From Octopus sinensis (lineage: Eukaryota): a stretch of DNA of 64,000 nt. Under the pieces are notes generated by a model. It searched no databases. It was not told the DNA's origin and saw only the letters and a list, made by a program, of their open reading frames with translations. Both the position numbers and the translations under genes were made by a program. The DNA is taken from the NCBI RefSeq assembly GCF_006345805.1, contig NC_043015.1:13950001-14014000 (forward strand), given 5' to 3'. This document shows, piece by piece, positions 53,382 through 64,000 of the stretch. Positions within the stretch are counted from its first letter, which is position 1. Each line of letters opens with the position of its first letter.

Positions 53382-54395
53382 TACAAAATTTTTCGTCCTC
53401 AAAATTTTTCATACCCTTGTTAATTTTTGTGATTTTTTTTTACTTTTGTGATGAAATGAATACATTTTGTGAAGTTTGTTTATGAGTTACGTGACCAACA
53501 AGTGAAAGAATATCAACAATACACAATTCAAGAAATTTAGCATCCATATGGCCAAATAAGGTCATCTGAAGCAAGATCTCAGCTTTTGGTCTGATGAGAC
53601 GAAGTTGGAGTTATTTGGCCATATGGACACTGAATAGGTCTGGAAGAAGAAAGAAGGATATAAGGCGAAGAACATTGTTTCCCACCGTCAAGAATGGTGA
53701 TGGAAACATAATGCTATGGGGATGTTTCTCTTCCAGCGGCACAGGGAACCTTGTCAAAGTCCAGTGGATCATGAGAAAGGAAGATTACATCAAGATCCTT
53801 GATGAAAACGTGAAGGAATCCGTTGAGAAGCTCCAATTCGGTCACAACTGGAAGTACCAGCAGGACAATGATCCGAAACATACCATCAAGGTAGTGAAGA
53901 AACGGTTCAAGAAAAATGATGTCCTAGAATTGCCTAATCAGAGTCCTGATCTGAATCCGATCGAGAACTTGTGGTGAGACTTGAAGACCAGAGTGATTGC
54001 TGGGAAACCGACCATCCTGACCGAGCTTGAGGCTTTCAGCAAGGAAGAGTGGGCCAACATTCCACAGGAGACATGCAGGAAGCTTGTGGACACGTACAAG
54101 AATCGTCTAGAAGCAGTCATAAAAAAACAAAGACTATGATATTGGCTATTAAAGGAAGATATTAGACTCAGTGAACCTACGGTATGAATAATTTTGAACA
54201 TGGCACTTTTTGAAAATCCATGAATAAAATGCCCCTGAAATGAAGAATTTCTTGAATTGTGTATTGCTGTTATTCTTTCACTTGTTGGTCACATAACTCA
54301 TAAACAAACTTGACAAAATGCATTCATTTCATCACAAAAAAAATTTTAAATCACAAAAATTAACAAGGGTATGAATAATCTTGAAGACGACTGTA
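53382..54395 (+). mobile_element. Internally deleted Tc1 transposon (~150-bp TIRs, DDE half retained)
   Basis: catacccttgttaatttttgtgat / atcacaaaaattaacaagggtatg; FWSDETKLELFGH, GNIMLWGCFS, QQDNDPKH, QSPDLNPIENLW; N-terminal DNA-binding half absent. Confidence 0.9.
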
Positions 54396-54917
54396 GCAAA
54401 TCAGTACGTTAAGAAAATTTCTGTTAGAGATGAAATCTGTATTTATACTGAGAAGTGTAATGGTAACTTAGAAGTTTCCATCCGGTTGCCTTCTTCAGTT
54501 AGTCTCATACTGTAGTTTTCGTTCAAGTTAAACGTCTCTTATAGTGGGGCTATGCTAAAAACGCATGACATATCGAAGGGAGACGAAAAATTATCCAGGC
54601 AGCGGCTAGCGAGAATATCTGTTGCACTTCGGTTTTCTTTGGGCTTATTAATGACGTGTACTTGTAGCCACATGCCTAAATGAAATTTGTCATTTCTGAT
54701 ACATAAGAAACAATGAATAACATGTGCATTGACACTGTGAATAGCCGTTGGGTGAAATAAATATTTAAATATTTCTTGTATGCAATTGAAGCAGTAGCTG
54801 CTTACCTGTCAACACTGTAGTACATTAAGTGTGATACATAGATTATTATTTCAATTTAATATTGCTACAATTGCGTACAACAGATTTTTATTCGGCCTAA
54901 CGACTATTTGCAATATT

Positions 54918-55235
54918 CTTCTCTGCGCCCTTTTCAAGCCTAGCCAGGCTCATGGGCCTGGTTTCCTTGTTGCTATGGCGTATGTGTTCCTCCCAGCTGG
55001 ACGGGACGCCAGTCCATCGCAGCATTACTCAAGAAACAGGAAGAAAGAGTGAGAGAAAGTTGGGGCGAAAGAGTACAACAGGGGTAACCACCATCCCCTG
55101 CCGGAGACTCGTGGTGCTTTAGGTGTTTTCGCCCAATAAACACACAACGCCCGGTCTGGGAATCGAAACCGCGTTCCTCCGACCGCGACTCTGACTCCGA
55201 CCGCTGCCCTAACCACTGGGCCATTGCGCCTCCAC
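54918..55235 (-). mobile_element. SINE family 'B' with 12-bp TSD
   Basis: TSD atttgcaatatt at 54906-54917 and 55236-55247. Confidence 0.9.
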
Positions 55236-55736
55236 ATTTGCAATATTATTGGATGTAATAATATTCCCTGTTTCCTACGTAGTAGAGGTGACAAATTTCG
55301 TTTTGGTATGTGGCTGCGTGTACACGTCATTAATAGAGCCCAAGAACGAAATGTATCTGGTGTTTTTGCTTGCCGCTGCCAGGACGATTTTTAGTCTCTC
55401 TTCGATAAATATTGTGTTTCTCTTTCTGTGTCATAATATATCTGTAAGAGTTTTTATCTCGGACGAAAAGCAAAATAAAATGTCGACGATATGTGTGCAT
55501 TAGACATGACACCTAGATCGCTACTTCACGTCTGAAATTTGATAAATAGATCAGATAAGTAATGTTTACAAGTGGATGTAGGAGTGATGAAAAAAAAAGT
55601 GAATAAGGAGAGAGAGGGGAGAGAGAGAGAGAGAGGGAGGGAGAGAGAGAAGTGCAGAGATAAGATACTGAGATCTGGAATAGTGATTCAAGAAAGATAA
55701 AAGTGGAGAAAGAAACGAATGATTAGAAAGAGTAAC

Positions 55737-55790
<54 letters not shown>

Positions 55791-56394
55791 GCACGTACAC
55801 ACACACACACAAATGAGGAGAAAAGTTTTATAAATTAGCATTTTAAAACGTATATATATATACATATAAGATTGCGAACATGAAGAGAAATTAATCTAAA
55901 GCCTATTTGTCAAATAGAACTTGTACCTTCATGGAAATAACAAATAAATGGAAGAATTTGTTTGTTTTTCACAGATTTCACCTGAAATAAATTACTCACA
56001 GACAGTTTTAAGGTTTTGTGTTAAAGTAAAAGAAAAAAAAACGAAAGCGCTACATCTTGATGTAAAACATTATATTGAACTAAAACTGAATTAAATTGCT
56101 CTGTGAATATATTTCATTTGAAATAGTCATTCTAAAAGGTAATAAAAAATGATTTAGGGGTGAGAGGGGGGAATGACTACCTAGTTAAAGGGAAGTAACT
56201 TAGGTATGATATTTATTAGAAAGAGCGAATTTATTTTCTTAAAATAATACAAGACAAATATAGATTAAAGAATCAGAAATGTTTTACTCTGACTAGGTCT
56301 TCATACCTGGCTGATAAGGCTGTTTTTAATAGGAGTTCTATACATTAAATAGTAATAGAATAAGTAGTGAATGAGAAGTTCGAAGCAATGGAGA

Positions 56395-56565
<171 letters not shown>

Positions 56566-56741
56566 AACACCGAACGAAATACCGCTACGCATTTTATCCG
56601 ACGTGATAGTAATTCTGCCACCACGCCGCCCTATATTGATATTCAATTTCCTAACTAACGATATATATATATTACGCATTTCATGTTACTTGCACCATTG
56701 GTGACATCCTGTACCTATATATGCATGTGTATATATATTTG

Positions 56742-56829
<88 letters not shown>

Positions 56830-56976
56830 ATATGTATGTATTATATTATTTATTAATTATTTAATTGAACGCAATGCATTCATTTCCAAGTATATATATA
56901 TATTATTTATTTAACTTTACGGAGATGTACTTGCACAGCGAGTGACTTGATCTGAGATCGTGTGCTAGAACGAAAA

Positions 56977-57160
56977 CAATTGCAGCGTGGAAGGTGTTTT
57001 TAAGCCATTTAAGAAACACACAAAAACCGTTAGATTCATTTCAACATTTATATTTATATTTATATTTATTTTTGACAAATTAAATATAAATGTTGAAGTG
57101 AATCTAACGGTTTTTGTGTGTTTCTTAAATGGCTTATAAACACCTTCCACGCTGCAATTG
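56977..57160. repeat. Foldback: 79-bp arms (2 mismatches), 26-bp spacer
   Basis: caattgcagcgtggaaggtgtt...caacatttatattt / aaatataaatgttg...aacaccttccacgctgcaattg. Confidence 0.92.
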
Positions 57161-57473
57161 ATTTATTTAACTAATATTGTTATTAATGTTAACCTGAAGA
57201 GTGACTATAATTTCAAATTGAATTGTTTTTCGATTAAATTTAAATATAATTGTAATTCGAATTTAATTATAGCCATGAAACGTACGTAGTTTTCTTTACT
57301 TATTATATATTGTTTATTCATTTTGTGCTTTTTGTGATCTTTTGTTATGTGTTTTAAAAAATATACTTTATTTTTTATTTATGATTTGGTTTATGTTTAT
57401 CATTGTTTGAATTGCATAATAGTGGTTTTTCTCTAATTATAAATTATACATACATACATACATACATACATAA

Positions 57474-57509
<36 letters not shown>

Positions 57510-57514
<5 letters not shown>

Positions 57515-58056
57515 CTTCTCCCCCTCCCACCCCAAACACACCAAACTCTCCATCCCCTACTCCCAATTCCTCCGTCTGCCCAGGCTCTGTAATGACAACC
57601 ATGACTTTGAAACTCAGTCTCAACACATGGCTCACCACTTCATCCTTCGTGGATATCCCCTCACCACTATCCACACCGCCCTTGCCAGATCACGTTCCGT
57701 GGACCGTGCATCTGCTCTCTCGCCCCGCACCCGCCTCGTCGTTACCCTCTCCCGTTTCCCCTCACCTACCACCCCTCCACCCTACGTCTCCGAGCCTTCC
57801 GGCGACTCCAGTCCGACACCTCCACTTCGCACATCTTCCCCAACCTACCCCTTCCCTCCTTCAAACGAGCCCACAACCTATGTGACCTCCTGGTCCACAG
57901 TTTCTTCCCTAACCCTACCTCCCAATCCAGCTCGTTCTCCTGTTTCCGCCGACGCTGCCGCACTTGCCCCTACCTCTCCAACACCACCATCCTCACAGCC
58001 ACCCATCATTGTCCCTATCATATAACTAACTCCTTCACCTGCACTTCTAGCAACGT
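57510..58056 (+). mobile_element. Penelope-like element fragment (RT C-terminus and Zn-finger linker, Neptune-type)
   Basis: HPKHTKLSIPYSQFLRL..LC...F..RGYP, frameshift, then FPLTYHP...LQSD...IFP..PLPSFKRAHNLCDLLVHS...CFRRRCRTCP...FTCTSSN. Confidence 0.88.
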
Positions 58057-58148
58057 CCGTCGCAGGATTACACATTTTTGTCAGCTGAGAAACCACAGTC
58101 TTACAACCATGAGTCCAACACTCTAACCACTAAGCCACGCGCCTCCAC
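58055..58148 (-). mobile_element. Deleted SINE family 'C' fragment abutting the PLE
   Basis: Minus strand: gtggaggcgcgtggcttagtggttagagtg...ctcagctgacaaaaatgtgtaatcctgcgacggac. Confidence 0.8.
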
Positions 58149-58575
58149 TTTCACTTAAGGTGCTACTTCTTCAAAAACTTCAAAAAGATAATATAGTGAA
58201 TTAATTACGTGAAGTTGGTTTTGATTAAAGATTAGGATGACATCTATTTGTTTTGAAGCTACATTTAAAGTTGTTGCGCGTATTTCCAGTTTGTTTGCTA
58301 AACACTTTCACTTTTATATTCTTCCACTTTATCTTTTATTCATTATTAATCTATTTCTACGCCAGTATGTTTACAATACTAAGTATCTGATACTGTCCTA
58401 AACTAACTTATTCCACTTCATATGAACTCTTTATGCAAAAACAAACCAATACATCAGTTTATTTGCTTTGATAAAATACGAACATATATTTTTCTTTCTT
58501 TCTTTCTTTTTCACAAATAGTCACTTAGACTCATTTTCCTTTCACATTTCCAATTTTTTCCAACAAGGTGCATAC

Positions 58576-60343
58576 TCTATATATATAAAACACAGGATGT
58601 GTCCGTCTGTGTTTGTCATGTCGTTAAAACTCGAGATCCACCTAACCGATTTTAATGAAATTTTACACATGCATTACATAGGCTTAATGCGGGCCCAGGG
58701 GCAGATAAACCACATTATGAAAGCATTTTCGCAGCGTTAAGGCCCGCGATTTGAAGAGTATCCAGTTGCTTTCCTTCAAATTTACAACAAACATTAATCA
58801 AGCTCCTCGAATTTCTGTTGACTAGAAAAATTTCTGGCCCCACAAAAATGCAGATTAATCAGATTTGAGTATACAGCACTGGGTTTTATTTTTGCTTTAG
58901 GCCATTTTCCGATGATAAAATATTGACACTACTTATGCATTATAAGTAGCGAATAATATTTCATGAAAGCCTTTTTGTCCAATTTGGCAGAGGAAATGAG
59001 AGCATTAAAATTTTTGTCGGCGCCCTGTTGATGCTTCATGTTATCATCCCGCGCACCACCGGGCCATGCGCGTGTGTGTGCGACTGGGTAAAGGCACAAC
59101 AAATCCATTCATCCATTCTCCAGAAGTGCTCTGTTGATGTTTCACGTTTCCAATCCTGCGCAACGCAGCATGTCTGCTTTCTGTGTCATCCATGTCTAAA
59201 CTATGCAAAATGTTCATACAAGAAAACAAACTGCAGTTGTGACTCACAACCATTTGAGTTTGACCGCGTGACCACTTCCGGATGCAACAACGCTCACCAC
59301 CTGCAATTAGTTCCCCCCCCCCCCACGTGTTCCCGTCTTCGTTTAGACGGACGAGTAAATACAAGGTGTCCGAGAATTAATGATGATTTGAGTGAAATCG
59401 GATGCATTTTTTTTTAAATTCACTTTTATAATTATGTTTATCATGTTTAATATGCGTTAAAAGTGTATAAATTTTGACCCTTCTTATTTGTCCGTGACAG
59501 CTTTTTTCAATTTGGCAGCAATCATTTCTTTACCTCCACCCCCAAGATGGAGCAATCGTTTAGCTGAGCTTAAAGAACACATTCAGTTGGCAGCGTAGGA
59601 GCTAACTCCTGAAATGCTTTAAAATGTGTTTCACAACGCTAAGGAGAGATTTGAAGTATGCAGGGATACAGACAGGTTGAAAAATTTCAATAAAAGTTTG
59701 ACGTAAGATTTATAAATCTATTTGTTTTCGTAATAAACATACAATTTTGTCATTTTTTAAAAAGATTTGCTCAATTTCATTGTAACAGTTAATTCTGGAA
59801 CACCCTGTATGGTGTAGCGTTGTTAGTTGTTGCGTTGCTCGAGTAAATATTAAAATTAAAGGTCTTCTTGCCCGTAAACATCCCATCTTTTTGTTAAGCA
59901 TATTGTATCAAGGAGTGTATTATCCAAAATGCATCTTTCTTTTATCGGCATGGCCGTGTGGTTGAGATGCTTGCTTTCCAACAATGTTGCCTTGGGTCCA
60001 GTCCCGCTGTGCGGCACGTTGGCAATTCTCTTCCATTACGACTCCGTGCCGACCAAAGCCTTGTGTATTATATAATTGCCATTACTGTATTGATGTATAA
60101 AATAACACATACAACTCACATAAAATAACACATACAACTCACTTATTATAGTCATATAACAAACAAACAGAAATTCGTGTATGAAATTGATCTTTTTTCT
60201 ACTTCACTTACTACATGTTTTTTTCTTCTTATAAAATACACACATACAGGAGGTGTAAATCTATATATATAATAACACTTTGAACGTGGCTTCCGAGAAA
60301 GAGTAAAAATAATTACCCGATCAACGACAGGTATTACTGCTAC
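58576..60343 (+). mobile_element. Non-autonomous Helitron (older copy) with nested insertions
   Basis: 5' tctatatatataaaa...ccgattttaatgaaattttacac; degenerate 3' end acccgatcaacgacaggtattactgctac homologous to 62315-62343. Confidence 0.6.
59360..59809 (+). mobile_element. Non-autonomous Tc1/mariner-superfamily element nested in the Helitron
   Basis: TA|caaggtgtccgagaattaa ... ttaattctggaacaccctg|TA; residual transposase C-terminus LAELKEHI...LTPEML...RFEVC. Confidence 0.8.
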
Positions 60344-60457
60344 TTCTTTATAAATTAAGTGTCCGTTCTTTTGAAGACCACCCTACAAACTTGTTTTCCG
60401 CCTTGCTTATCTTTCACCTTAATGTAAAATTGCTTTTATAACATAAAAACAAACTGC

Positions 60458-60496
<39 letters not shown>

Positions 60497-60754
60497 GTAC
60501 TCTGTGTGTATGTGCATACGTACGTGCGTATGTATGTATGTATGTATGTATGTATGTATGTATGTATGTATGTATGTATGCATGCATAAGAGGTTGCCTG
60601 TGATTTGAAAGTTTACCTCTCCAAGCTTATTCAAGTATTAGGCAAATTACAGACGATAAATTCTTTATAAATACAGAAATATCTACAAATTCTTTGTTTT
60701 AATCGCTATTTGAGTCATTAGTCAGTCGAATTGTGAAACCACTGTAAACCGCTA

Positions 60755-62343
60755 TCTATATCTATAAAACTCAAAATTATGTGTGTGTGTGCATACTTTT
60801 TATGCGTTTCGACATTTTTCATCCAATTTTGATGAAATTTTTTTTATTAAATGGCAAATTTACCCAGGCAGGTCACTGCCACATTACCGATGCTGAGAGA
60901 TACCTGCTTCTAGGAGAAAAATCGATAAAAAAAAGGCAAAGTTGCACGCGAAAAAGGTTTTTATAGGAACGTCGGATTTTTATAATTTTGGTGTCAAAAG
61001 GACCGTCATGTTGCGACATTTCAGGCAAATATTTTGGCACTGCCTTGGGGCCTCTGATTCCCAAGAAATTAGCAAAAATCTTTGAAAAAATCGATTTTTT
61101 TTGCATTTTTGGAAATTTACACATGAGAAAACTTTTTAATGGAAAGTTCGATTTCCTTGGTTTTTACGGCTAAAACATCACCATGTAACGGCGGTTCTAT
61201 GAAGTATCTGTTCTATGTCCAAAAGCAACCCTATGCGACATAAAACCTCGAAAAACTGTGAAAAAAATCGATTTTATACACTTTTTTCCCCTTTTAAATA
61301 TTCAAAAACTTCTCACTGCTTCGGTGGATTGTGTTCAAGCTTTACACACAATTTGCTCATCCTGAGGATAACGTTAGGGGATTCCGATGTGCACAGAATT
61401 CATCTGCGTATGACCAACAATTGCGAAAAACTGGGTAGAAAACCGGTTTTTGGCCTTAAATCCCTCATTTTTGACTGAATTGGAGCTCCGGTCATGCTAC
61501 TAAGGAACCTGGAGCCACCACATCTATGGAACGGAACGCGGTTAGTGGTAAAAAATGTGCTGCCTCATGTTATTGAAGCAACAATTCTTACGGGTTGCGG
61601 CATCTGAGACAAAGTCTTTACACCCAGGGAACCTCTTACTCCATCAGATAAACAATGCCCCTGTCCCTTGTGTCGACTTTGCTTTGCCATGTCTATCAAC
61701 AAGTCCCAAGGCCAAACACTATCAACGACAGGCCTCCATTTAGGTCAACCATGCTTCTCGCACGGCCAATAATACGTCGGGAGCTCAAGAGTCGGATGCA
61801 AAAAAATCTTTTTCGTGTTCGCCCCGAAAGCCAAGACGGAAAATTTCGTCTACCGTGAGGTGCTGTAGGCCGTCCACCACACTGCAGCTTTCCTGCCGAA
61901 CTGGTTTATCGTGAGTGAGTACTATTATTGCCATTCTTTCAAAATTACCTGTTTTTCTTAAGTCTTTTTTTTTTATTTTGTCCGCTACAGCTTCTCAATC
62001 TCCTTGCAGATGGCTTGAGTTTTGGCATCACTGCACCCATTGCTTTTCATGTGAACAAAACAGGACGTTTATGCCTGTGAACGGTTTACAGTCCTTTTCA
62101 GGGCCACTTTACATTCAATTGTTGCACCCCCTGATATGTTCTTGTGGCTTCTCCAGGGCTTTTCATCATGTTGTTACTACTTTATTTATGGTCTATGGGG
62201 AAAATCACTTCTTCTTCAATGTCAATGTTTGCAACTTAATGTAAAATAATATTCAAAGATATGTATAACGAAAAAAATGGTAGAACCTATTAAGACCATT
62301 GTCGAGTATTTAATACCCGAGCAACGCCGGGTACTCCTGTTAG
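60755..62343 (+). mobile_element. Non-autonomous Helitron retaining the helicase C-terminus
   Basis: A|TCtatatctataaaa 5' end; 3' hairpin cccgagcaacgccggg followed by tactcctgTTAG|T. Confidence 0.8.
61550..61868 (+). pseudogene. Helitron PIF1-like helicase C-terminal remnant
   Basis: VIEATILTG...CFAMSINKSQGQTL...GLHLGQPCFSHGQ*YVGSSRVG...NFVYREVL*. Confidence 0.9.
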
Positions 62344-62651
62344 TGTATAATAAATCTGTCCCATTTATACTCACTCTTTTCATCTGTGCATCTTGTTGTC
62401 TCTTAAGCCTGACATTAATATATATGTACGTACGTTTCGTATGTGTGTATATGTATGTGTGAGAGAGAAAATGGGGTTATACTATATGCATGTGGGAATA
62501 CATATGTATATACTTATATATCCATATATTGCTATGTACGCATGCATATTAGATACACACACGCTCATATATATATATATATATATATACATACATACAT
62601 ACATACATACATACATACATACATACATACATACATACATACATACATACA

Positions 62652-62682
<31 letters not shown>

Positions 62683-63099
62683 CATACATACATACATACA
62701 TACATACATACATACATACATACATACATTCATACATACATACATACATACATACATACTACACACACACATACACACACAATCACATGTAGTAAACAAG
62801 CAAACAGGTATCAAATTTCTGAGCCAGGATTCGAAACTGAATCCACATTTTGCCACTTGTCATCGTTCTGTTGTTCTAGCCTGTTGCAATAAGAAATTTA
62901 TAAGAATAAGCTGACCTCTTGATCTTTCACGAGTTATACATTTCAGAAGAACACGTCTACCAGTAGTCGTAGCATGCTCGAAACTGCTCTGCTGTGTATG
63001 AGTGAGTCGGGATTGTGAGTCTAAGAATACCCAGGTCCGGACTTGTCAGTAAGTCATTGACATGTTACTGTGTCCATGTGTTTGTACTAAGCGATTCGT

Positions 63100-63610
63100 T
63101 TGCACAAACTGAACAATGAACAATTTGGAAGAGAAAAATAACTGTGCGAAATTTTATTTCGAATCAGATTAATCTTTTGCTGGAATTTTATGTAATATTG
63201 GAACAGATCTATGAAAAATATTTATTAAGCAGTACGCAATGTCAGGAGTGGTATCAATCTTTCAAAACGTGAAAAGAATCCAACGAAGGCTCGAATCTGG
63301 ATGACCTTTTTATGATGAAGGACTACGGTCGCATTTATGAAATTATGTACCGTGATCCGTGAAAATCGCCGCCTGACTGCACCTAAAGTTCCTGAAAGAC
63401 TAGGCGTTTGCAATAGTTCGTGTCACAAAATTTTGAAAGGAATATTCAAGCTGGATCTACTTACTGTAAAATTTACATCACGTCTGCCGACAGATGGCAG
63501 AGGCCGCTACCAGAATCACAGTCAGTCAAAAACTGTTTGATTGTTCGAATCTTGATGAAAACTTTCTGGAAAGTGTCAAAGCAGGTGATGAAACGTGGGT
63601 ATATGTCTTG
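63100..63610 (+). mobile_element. Highly degenerate mariner N-terminal half
   Basis: Traces of QCQEWYQSF, VIRENRRLT and ..AGDETWVY. Confidence 0.65.
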
Positions 63611-63627
63611 TCTTTCATCTTGTACAT

Positions 63628-64000
63628 CAGGGGTGGGAAAACTTTTTAGTGTTGCGGACAAAAATTTCCCAAGAAAAAGTCTGCGGACGGATCACAGGTT
63701 CTAACTCTTATATCTGTGTAAATCTTGTATATATCTATATATAATTTGATATACATTAATAAAGATAAGTTTAACAGATTAAATTAACATGCAATCATCT
63801 TCATTTAGACCGCCACTGAATTTAGGACGTTTATACTTATGAGGTATTCTATTTTTTTCCCTTAAAGTGTAGTTGGGTCTCAAGGAGGTGGTATAAACTT
63901 AGCACTATGTGTTTTATAGTGAAAACAAAATTTTCATTCAAATGGCAATTACCGGACGATTTCTGACCATTTTAAGTCGTAGTGGAAACGCGACCTATGT
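63628..64000 (+). mobile_element. Probable hAT-type MITE (runs off the window)
   Basis: Terminus caggggtgggaaaactttt resembles hAT/Charlie TIRs; second TIR not in the window. Confidence 0.45.

Noticed and set aside
54455-54500. Further hammerhead-like relics (minus-strand CTGAAGA...GAAAC here; also ~22780-22850 and ~1275-1312)
   Set aside because: Stem I or II, or the core, are missing or too degenerate.
59028-59417. 129-aa Cys-rich ORF
   Set aside because: No domain-like Cys spacing; it runs across a poly-C tract and into a transposon TIR.

Overview
AT-rich, microsatellite-dense animal DNA that looks intronic or intergenic. The SINE heads and repeat profile resemble octopod cephalopod (Octopus-like) genomes; this is pattern recognition, not a database result. 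No host protein-coding gene was recognisable, and nearly all long ORFs in the track are artefacts of (TA/CA/TACA)n repeats. The window is a layered transposon graveyard: mariner and Tc1 copies, RTE/RTE-X and R4/Dong LINE fragments, two Penelope-like (PLE) fragments, two neighbouring Helitrons, several modular tRNA-derived SINE families and MITEs. Most notable observations: (1) a 244-bp patchwork insertion (44803-45046) built from three ~98%-identical pieces of sequence 2-4 kb upstream; (2) three minimal type I hammerhead ribozyme motifs, one enclosed in a perfect 53-bp inverted repeat; (3) many foldback/palindromic structures, one carrying a later SINE with a 23-bp TSD; (4) SINE head/core/tail shuffling visible within the window. 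All alignments and translations were done by eye, so coordinates of degenerate elements are approximate.
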